Shown one piece after another: positions 57,514 through 63,307 of a stretch of DNA of 64,000 nt (positions are counted from its first letter, which is position 1; each line of letters opens with the position of its first letter). The translations under genes and the position numbers were made by a program. Under the pieces are notes generated by a model. That model ran no database searches, was not told where the DNA came from, and saw nothing but the letters and a program-made list of their open reading frames with translations. The stretch spans positions 64,001 to 128,000 of the IMG/VR virus record IMGVR_UViG_3300030330_004956, one strand, 5' to 3'. Source of the DNA: a virus (Duplodnaviria > Caudoviricetes).

Positions 57514-57567
57514 ATGAAATGTAAATGCTGTGAGTGCTGCGCGTGTGAATGTGAAAAGTGCTGTTAA
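57514..57567 (+). CDS. 17-aa cysteine-rich micropeptide MKCKCCECCACECEKCC (metallothionein-like)
   Basis: GGAGG RBS upstream; 9 of 17 residues Cys; mixed TGT/TGC codons; fills the gap before tmRNA. Confidence 0.65.
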   Translation: MKCKCCECCACECEKCC

Positions 57568-57572
57568 TTAAT

Positions 57573-57912
57573 GGGGGCGTAATGGCTTCGACAGGGTAGA
57601 ACTCGGAGGACAAGTGCAAGTAGGATTGAGCATCCTTGATCGTTCAAAAACAATAGTTGCAAATAACAACAATCACTTTGACTCTGTTCGCCTAGCGGCT
57701 TAGTCAGGTGGCTGTCTGGAGCCATCTATCCAATCTAGACTTTAGCAGTGGGATCTGCCAAGAAATAATTGTCCCACCTGTCCAATACTCGATCACGGAG
57801 TGGCTAAATTACAGTGATTATCCTGTTAATCGGAGAAATGATTAACTATGCTTGTGAATGACTTTAATCTTGGCTACTGTGGACGGGGGTTCGACTCCCC
57901 CCGCCTCCACCA
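57573..57912 (+). ncRNA. ssrA: tmRNA
   Basis: GGGGGCG/CGCCTCC-A-CCA acceptor with G3:U; TTCGAC near the 5' end; T-arm GGGGG-TTCGACT-CCCCC; tag ANNNNHFDSVRLAA* at 57659-57703. Confidence 0.95.
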
Positions 57913-57925
57913 TCTTTGAAATTGC

Positions 57926-58023
57926 TGGGGAGTGGCGGAATTGGCAGACGCACCTGACTGTTTCTCAGGCGGTGATCAGGCGATAAGCCCACCTTGGAGG
58001 TTCGAATCCTTCCTCTCCAGCCA
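57926..58023 (+). tRNA. Atypical class II-shaped tRNA, anticodon GTT, 26-nt variable arm
   Basis: TGGGGAG/CTCTCCA-G-CCA; Leu-like D arm; CCTGA-CT-GTT-TC-TCAGG; T-arm GGAGG-TTCGAAT-CCTTC. Confidence 0.8.
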
Positions 58024-58027
58024 TTTA

Positions 58028-58104
58028 GGGCACTTAGTTCAGTTGGTTAGAGCACCCCGCTCATAACGGGATAGTCCTCGGTTCAAGTCCGAGAGTGCCC
58101 ACCA
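58028..58104 (+). tRNA. tRNA with CAT anticodon, probably Ile2 (lysidine type); Met not excluded
   Basis: GGGCACT/AGTGCCC-A-CCA; CT-CAT-AA loop; lacks the initiator C1:A72 mismatch. Confidence 0.85.
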
Positions 58105-58122
58105 TTTATAAAAGGAGAGAGA

Positions 58123-58293
58123 ATGATTGACTATACTATTATGGAATACGATATCGAAACTAGAAAATACACACCGATCGGAATTGCTGAAGGCATTGAT
58201 GGAAAACATGCCAAAAGGAATTATATAAAGAGACACGGCTGGAATGAACGTGAAGGTGTACATCTATTTGCAAAGCCGCCGCTTTGTAGATAA
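58123..58293 (+). CDS. Small hypothetical protein inside the tRNA cluster (56 aa)
   Basis: AGGAG RBS; MIDYTIMEYD...KPPLCR*. Confidence 0.55.
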   Translation: MIDYTIMEYDIETRKYTPIGIAEGIDGKHAKRNYIKRHGWNEREGVHLFAKPPLCR

Positions 58294-58300
58294 CAAACAA

Positions 58301-58374
58301 TGCCCCTTAGCTCAGATGGTTAGAGCAGCGGACTGTTAATCCGCGTGTCCTCGGTTCAAGTCCGAGAGGGGCAG
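58301..58374 (+). tRNA. tRNA-Asn(GTT), canonical, CCA not encoded
   Basis: TGCCCCT/AGGGGCA-G; GCGGA-CT-GTT-AA-TCCGC. Confidence 0.93.
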
Positions 58375-58377
58375 CAT

Positions 58378-58453
58378 GGGTTGTTAGCTCAATAGGTAGA
58401 GCATCGGGCTTTTAACCCGCAGGTTCCGAGTTCGAGTCTCGGACAACCCACCA
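58378..58453 (+). tRNA. tRNA-Lys(TTT)
   Basis: GGGTTGT/ACAACCC-A-CCA; CT-TTT-AA loop. Confidence 0.93.
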
Positions 58454-58457
58454 TTTT

Positions 58458-58490
58458 TGAATAAAACATATCTTTGAATCGTACTATTTA
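58458..58490 (+). promoter_or_regulatory. Tandem ECF-like (58458-58483) and CTATTTA (58484-58490) promoters
   Basis: The two motifs abut before the TlpA-like gene. Confidence 0.7.
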
Positions 58491-58506
58491 TATAAAAAGG
58501 TGATTT

Positions 58507-58977
58507 ATGAGAAGTATTTTATTTATGTTGGCTCTGGCTTGTGTAACCCCACCAGCCGCCGCAAACAGTTCTTTTTTGACTAGAGATATAAACGGAAAAG
58601 TTGTAAATCTAGACGAACACAAAGACGAAATAGTTATGCTAAACTTTTGGGCTACTTGGTGCGCCCCATGCAAAGTTGAAATGCCGCAACTACAAAAGCT
58701 AAAAGAAAAGTATGGTGACAAACTAACGATTGTTTCCGTCAGTGTTGACGAAGCAAGAGATAAAAGCAAAATCAAGCCTCTCATAAGAAGAGGTAACTAT
58801 GATTTTATTGTGGTGCATGATGACGATAGGAGCATAATGTCTTTCTACAATCCGTCAATGGATCTGCCGTATAATGTGATCATGGGTTACGGGGGAGATA
58901 TAGTTTGGCAGGGCGCAGGCTATTCACCGGGGAAAGAAAAGGTTTTTGAAAAGATTATTGATAGTATTATCAAATGA
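58507..58977 (+). CDS. TlpA/thioredoxin-like disulfide reductase, exported
   Basis: LNFWATWCAPC..EMP; N-terminal signal/lipobox LALAC. Confidence 0.9.
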   Translation: MRSILFMLALACVTPPAAANSSFLTRDINGKVVNLDEHKDEIVMLNFWATWCAPCKVEMPQLQKLKEKYGDKLTIVSVSVDEARDKSKIKPLIRRGNYDFIVVHDDDRSIMSFYNPSMDLPYNVIMGYGGDIVWQGAGYSPGKEKVFEKIIDSIIK

Positions 58978-58981
58978 TTTA

Positions 58982-59009
58982 TTGACATCAGAGATCTGGT
59001 GTCTATAAT
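58982..59009 (+). promoter_or_regulatory. Sigma70-consensus promoter TTGACA-N16-TATAAT
   Basis: Both hexamers perfect; upstream of the Hsp20 gene. Confidence 0.75.
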
Positions 59010-59073
59010 AAAGTAAGATCGCTCATTTGAGGATCTTCAAAGTCATACTTTGCTTAATAAGGAGGATATAAAT

Positions 59074-59499
59074 ATGACACAACTACAACTAGCAATCCCA
59101 TCACTAATGGGTAGAAACGTATGGAGTGATTTCTTCGACGATTTCTTATCAAATCCGACGAAAGTCGTAAAACAAACTACAACAGGCTATCCAGTCACAG
59201 ACATTTTCAGAGACGTAGAAGAAAATCAAGTTATCGAAATGGCACTGGCTGGGTTTACAAAAGAGTCAATCACTGTCGAAACACAATCTAATCAGATTAC
59301 GATTAGATCAGAGGGCATCGAAAATCGTCCCTCGGATAATCATGGCGGTATTGCACGCAGAGCCTTCAAGAAAACTTTCATTGATTATAACAATGAGTTA
59401 GAACTTTCCGATGCAAAAGTAACTTTTGTACAAGGATTGTTGCGCGTTGTTATTCCGATGAAAGAGGCGGCATACCCTAGGCAGATAACGATTGAATAA
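59074..59499 (+). CDS. Small heat-shock protein (Hsp20/IbpA-like)
   Basis: GYPVTDI, IEMALAGF, GGIARRAF, GLLRV, RQITIE. Confidence 0.9.
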   Translation: MTQLQLAIPSLMGRNVWSDFFDDFLSNPTKVVKQTTTGYPVTDIFRDVEENQVIEMALAGFTKESITVETQSNQITIRSEGIENRPSDNHGGIARRAFKKTFIDYNNELELSDAKVTFVQGLLRVVIPMKEAAYPRQITIE

Positions 59500-59518
59500 A
59501 AACAGTAGTTCAATCGTA
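59493..59518 (+). promoter_or_regulatory. ECF-like promoter TGAATA-N16-CGTA
   Basis: Motif copy overlapping a GAA-TAA stop. Confidence 0.8.
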
Positions 59519-59533
59519 CTATAACTATGGTAA

Positions 59534-59568
59534 GGGTTGTTACTCTTATTTGGGTAACAACCTATTTA
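59534..59568 (+). promoter_or_regulatory. Hairpin abutting a CTATTTA promoter
   Basis: GGGTTGTTACTC-TTATTT-GGGTAACAACCT; CTATTTA at 59562-59568. Confidence 0.55.
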
Positions 59569-59590
59569 CTATGCCAAGGAGGCACATTAT

Positions 59591-60043
59591 ATGAATAAAA
59601 GAAAATGGTACAACTATGTCTTTGAAACACAGGACGATACATATAAGCAAAAGCTCTACAAAGTGCCCATGCGATTCAAAGTAAGAAAAAAGGATGGCGG
59701 GAACAAGTCCGAAACAGAGGACGATTTACGGGCAGTGCCTCAAATAACAGCACTTTCTCTTCCTAGAGATAGGAAGTCAGACAGTGAGAGTTGGTATATG
59801 ACTTACGATTTAAAATTTGCATTACCGATAGGTGGCTCACCGCAAGATCATGTTAGGAATGACATGGTGCCAGCGGTAAACGCCGTCAAGGGATTGGAAA
59901 TACTTTCTTATGGAGAGGCTTTTCAAGTGTATGACGCTCAGGACGATACAATAGGAGATCCCGATAAGGATCGCTCCAAGGTTTTTGGTGGCGATGACAG
60001 GAGGCAATCCAAGAGCGACACCGACATAGAGGGAGGGGAGTAA
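59591..60043 (+). CDS. Hypothetical protein, probable late/virion
   Basis: MNKRKWYNYVFE leader; late-type promoter. Confidence 0.55.
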   Translation: MNKRKWYNYVFETQDDTYKQKLYKVPMRFKVRKKDGGNKSETEDDLRAVPQITALSLPRDRKSDSESWYMTYDLKFALPIGGSPQDHVRNDMVPAVNAVKGLEILSYGEAFQVYDAQDDTIGDPDKDRSKVFGGDDRRQSKSDTDIEGGE

Positions 60044-60396
60044 TGTCAATAGAAGAAGCAAAAGAAGATGGCTTAGACAATCTAAAACCTAAGCCACCAC
60101 CGAAACTTGCGCCAAGAGGCATCAGAACATTTACCGTATGTAGAAACTACGACGAGACTGGTGTGTCTGGCGAGGGCGTTGTTATTGAGGGGGTGACTAT
60201 GGCTAGTGGGCATTGTATGATCCACTGGCTTTATCCACCACCTAGGGGCGGTATAGCTATATTTGACTCTATCGAAGATTTTTTGAAAGTTCATGTGCTA
60301 CCGCACCCTACGAATAAAACAGTCATCACATTTGATGATGGGGAGCAACATAAGTATGGACAAGGATGGGAAGAAGAAATACAGGGTGAAGATTAA
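60043..60396 (+). CDS. Hypothetical protein
   Basis: R..DETGVSGEGVVIEG; coupled by TAATG. Confidence 0.6.
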   Translation: MSIEEAKEDGLDNLKPKPPPKLAPRGIRTFTVCRNYDETGVSGEGVVIEGVTMASGHCMIHWLYPPPRGGIAIFDSIEDFLKVHVLPHPTNKTVITFDDGEQHKYGQGWEEEIQGED

Positions 60397-61135
60397 TACT
60401 GGCTATAAACGCCTGATTATGTTTGATTTCGATGACACTCTGGCTCAAACAGAAGAGGCTACTCTAATCAGAGATAAAAAATCAAACAGAATTGTACATC
60501 ACCTACACGGACAGTCAGAGTTTGACAACTATGAACTGAACGACAAGAAGCATTATTTTGATTTCTCAGAGTTTCTACAGGTTTCAAAATACGCCAGTCC
60601 AATTTTACCTACCTTGGGGCTAATGAAGAAGTATCTAAAAGACACGGATACTAAAGTAATAATCCTCACAGCCAGACAGCAAGCCGCTGCTCCAGCGATC
60701 GAAGCCTATTTAGAAAGTTTAGGAGTAGACACCTCTAGAGTAACTTTCTATGGCTGTGATGGTTCAAAGAACAAGCACCGGTATATGAAGTCTGCCATCA
60801 GGCATTTCAAGATCACAAACGAGGTTGTGGTATTCGAAGATAGCGTGAACAACATAAAAGACTTACTACAATTGGAATATGATTTTCCTGACATATCTTT
60901 TGATTTTGTTCAAGTGATAGATCCACAAAATACTGACGAGGATCTGGATGAAGCAAGAAAACACAGTTACCCACAGGGCGAAACTGGCACTGAGCCATAT
61001 CAAAGATTGCTCAAGAGAATACACCCTGCCAAGAAAAGAAGATTGCTCGGACTAGGCGCTAATGACTATTTAGTTAAGGGAACGAAGAAAGTCAAAGACT
61101 ATAAGCGTTCTAAATCGGCACCGCCAAGTGGGTAA
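60386..61135 (+). CDS. HAD-superfamily phosphatase (PNKP/RNA-repair-like) with basic C-terminal tail
   Basis: FDFDDTL, ILTAR, K, FEDS..N. Confidence 0.8.
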   Translation: MKINTGYKRLIMFDFDDTLAQTEEATLIRDKKSNRIVHHLHGQSEFDNYELNDKKHYFDFSEFLQVSKYASPILPTLGLMKKYLKDTDTKVIILTARQQAAAPAIEAYLESLGVDTSRVTFYGCDGSKNKHRYMKSAIRHFKITNEVVVFEDSVNNIKDLLQLEYDFPDISFDFVQVIDPQNTDEDLDEARKHSYPQGETGTEPYQRLLKRIHPAKKRRLLGLGANDYLVKGTKKVKDYKRSKSAPPSG

Positions 61136-61140
61136 TTATA

Positions 61141-61893
61141 GTGGGAAACAACAAGAAAACAGTAAAATGTAGCTTTTGTAACAGGTTGGGGCACAACCGA
61201 GTTACTTGCCCCAAACTAAAAGAAGCCATAGATTCAATAGAAGAAAACTATGGCTCCACACACCCAGATGTGGTTGAGCATAAAGATTATTTAGAATCTT
61301 ACAGCAAGAAATCTAAAAAAAATGCTAACAGGAATAGATTTTGTTCTTATTGCAGAGAGGAATCGCACAATGTTCGAACCTGCAAGGAGCGATCTAAAGA
61401 TGTTTCAAAGATTAAAAAGTTAAATTTCAGGTGGAGAGCTAAGATAAAAAAAGATCTATTTGATAGAGGAATTGGGGTGGGAGCGATCATATCCACTGCC
61501 AACCACATAAGCAGCATAGAGAATAAAAATTCACCTTGGACTATTGTTTCTATTGATTGGGATAGGATAAATTGGATAACCGACAATGCCCGCGTATTCA
61601 AGATCATTCTAATGTCAAACCCTGCGATACAAAGAGAACTGACATTAGAGCAAATAATGAACCAGTCTGAATCGTATTATCATAGGTGGACTGTCATTTC
61701 AAAATGCAGCAGTCTTGATATACCAGAAGGCTGGGACACCATATCAGATCCCGCTTTCGATGAAAAGTGTGTAGAGATATTCCAAGGGATAACAAAGGCT
61801 CAATTCGATACCATTTTTATGGAAATGAACGCAGATCCTTCATGGCTAAAGTCGCAATTCTACGAAGAACAAGGAGAAATTAATGATGTCTAG
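61141..61893 (+). CDS. Twin CCHC zinc-knuckle protein
   Basis: CSFCNRLGHNRVTC and CSYCREESHNVRTC. Confidence 0.75.
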   Translation: MGNNKKTVKCSFCNRLGHNRVTCPKLKEAIDSIEENYGSTHPDVVEHKDYLESYSKKSKKNANRNRFCSYCREESHNVRTCKERSKDVSKIKKLNFRWRAKIKKDLFDRGIGVGAIISTANHISSIENKNSPWTIVSIDWDRINWITDNARVFKIILMSNPAIQRELTLEQIMNQSESYYHRWTVISKCSSLDIPEGWDTISDPAFDEKCVEIFQGITKAQFDTIFMEMNADPSWLKSQFYEEQGEINDV

Positions 61894-62134
61894 AGAGAAA
61901 CACCTAAAAGATTTACCAATACAAAAGCAATTACGAAAGATAAAAGAACAAAGAGAAAAGTTTCAAGTGCTCATGGCATATAATGACTTGGTAGAAAGCA
62001 TGATAGAGACAGACAAGATGATAGAAGATATGCCAGAGGGGGAAGAGAAGCAGCAAAAATTAGAACAGCAAGAACTAGCGTGGGAGTTGATGATGGCTGA
62101 AGATATGATTTCATTGATAAAGATAGAGAATTGA
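61883..62134 (+). CDS. Small coiled-coil hypothetical protein
   Basis: AGGAG RBS. Confidence 0.55.
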   Translation: MMSREKHLKDLPIQKQLRKIKEQREKFQVLMAYNDLVESMIETDKMIEDMPEGEEKQQKLEQQELAWELMMAEDMISLIKIEN

Positions 62135-62135
62135 T

Positions 62136-62459
62136 ATGGCAGATTTTATAAGAGTAGGGATGCTAAATGCAGAGCAGCTTTTTTCTGACGGGAAGCTAGA
62201 GAAAGGTACTCTTGTAAAATATAGGGCTCAAACCCACACTATGACAACGTATACTCATTCCACGATGACTCCAAAAGATTATTACTGGCAATATGGAATA
62301 ATCTCTGAAGTTCTCTGGTACGCTCGGACGCCAAGGATAGGAACCGTTTACACTACAGACTATCCCATAGTATATGACTTGACAGTACACAACATTCAAG
62401 AGGGAAAGAAAGACTTTTTAGACTTCAACAACTTTGAAATCATGATTTTAGTTGAATAA
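62136..62459 (+). CDS. Hypothetical protein (KGTLV, SH3-like)
   Basis: Coupled ORF ending GAA-TAA. Confidence 0.5.
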   Translation: MADFIRVGMLNAEQLFSDGKLEKGTLVKYRAQTHTMTTYTHSTMTPKDYYWQYGIISEVLWYARTPRIGTVYTTDYPIVYDLTVHNIQEGKKDFLDFNNFEIMILVE

Positions 62460-62478
62460 AAGTGCCCGCTGGTTCGTA
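62453..62478 (+). promoter_or_regulatory. ECF-like promoter TGAATA-N16-CGTA
   Basis: Motif copy overlapping a GAA-TAA stop. Confidence 0.8.
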
Positions 62479-62512
62479 TTATGTATATGATTTCTTACAC
62501 ACGGGAGGAAAA

Positions 62513-63238
62513 ATGAGTGTTGTTGACGGTATTCTATCAACAATGCGAACTAAAAAGTTTGCATTGGAAGTTTTGTCCATGGTTGAAGAGGTGGCAGGAC
62601 ACCACTTCTATTCTTTGTACCACTTGGGCGGCGCTAATACTATCCGAGAATGGGGCGAGTTGGCAGAAGATGATCCTTCACAGCGCACCTCTCAGATCAC
62701 CGTGCGTATCTGTCACGACTTTGAGTATGCAATCGCCAAAGTCCTAAAAGATAAGTATGGATACGAGATTGTTCCAAAGTCAGGGACAAACGACATTGTA
62801 GGAAACTTTGATGTTGCTGTAAAGAGTGGGGAAACGATCCTCGCCTTTGAAGTAAAGACTACTCAGGCGAAAGACTGGACAGGCTCAACGCATAGTCATA
62901 ACTGTGGCAAGGTTCCATTCTACGCCCTTATACAATACGACTTGGACTTGGACATACCCTTGGGCAAAAACTCGCTTCACGGGCTGTTTAAGGCGTGCCA
63001 CTTCTCTGTTACCTCACCTCTTGGTGACGGCAGCGCAATCATTGAATGGAGTGGCAAAGCAACAAATAGCAACTCGCGCACCACTGGCAAAATCAGAAAA
63101 GGCAACGCAGAAAAGTATCAGCCTATGATTTGCTTGGGGCGTACTTCTATAATGCGCGCAAGAAAGTGGACTAAAATAATCAAAGAGGATCTGACGCCTT
63201 ACCGCGGTATCTTCGGCAATCCAAAGAAAATCAGATAA
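62513..63238 (+). CDS. PD-(D/E)xK restriction-endonuclease-like protein
   Basis: HDFE helix...FDVAV......AFEVKTT; ATG after GGAGG. Confidence 0.6.
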   Translation: MSVVDGILSTMRTKKFALEVLSMVEEVAGHHFYSLYHLGGANTIREWGELAEDDPSQRTSQITVRICHDFEYAIAKVLKDKYGYEIVPKSGTNDIVGNFDVAVKSGETILAFEVKTTQAKDWTGSTHSHNCGKVPFYALIQYDLDLDIPLGKNSLHGLFKACHFSVTSPLGDGSAIIEWSGKATNSNSRTTGKIRKGNAEKYQPMICLGRTSIMRARKWTKIIKEDLTPYRGIFGNPKKIR

Positions 63239-63243
63239 AAGTT

Positions 63244-63269
63244 TGAATAAAGAGCGATACTCAGTCGTA
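63244..63269 (+). promoter_or_regulatory. ECF-like promoter TGAATA-N16-CGTA
   Basis: Motif copy. Confidence 0.8.
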
Positions 63270-63307
63270 CTATAGTTGAACAAACAAAGCGTGACTAGGA
63301 GGGAAAC

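Noticed and set aside
57970-57995. Extra sequence in the atypical tRNA as an intron
   Set aside because: It lies in the variable-arm position rather than the anticodon loop, and is far too short for a self-splicing intron; treated as a long variable arm.
3824-62512. Upstream-extended starts in the ORF track (3824, 9532, 27071, 27987, 44392, 46852, 54486, 59050, 60293, 62462)
   Set aside because: Downstream ATG/GTG codons have better RBS placement or gene coupling, and the extensions overlap upstream genes, RBSs or promoters; starts were moved accordingly.
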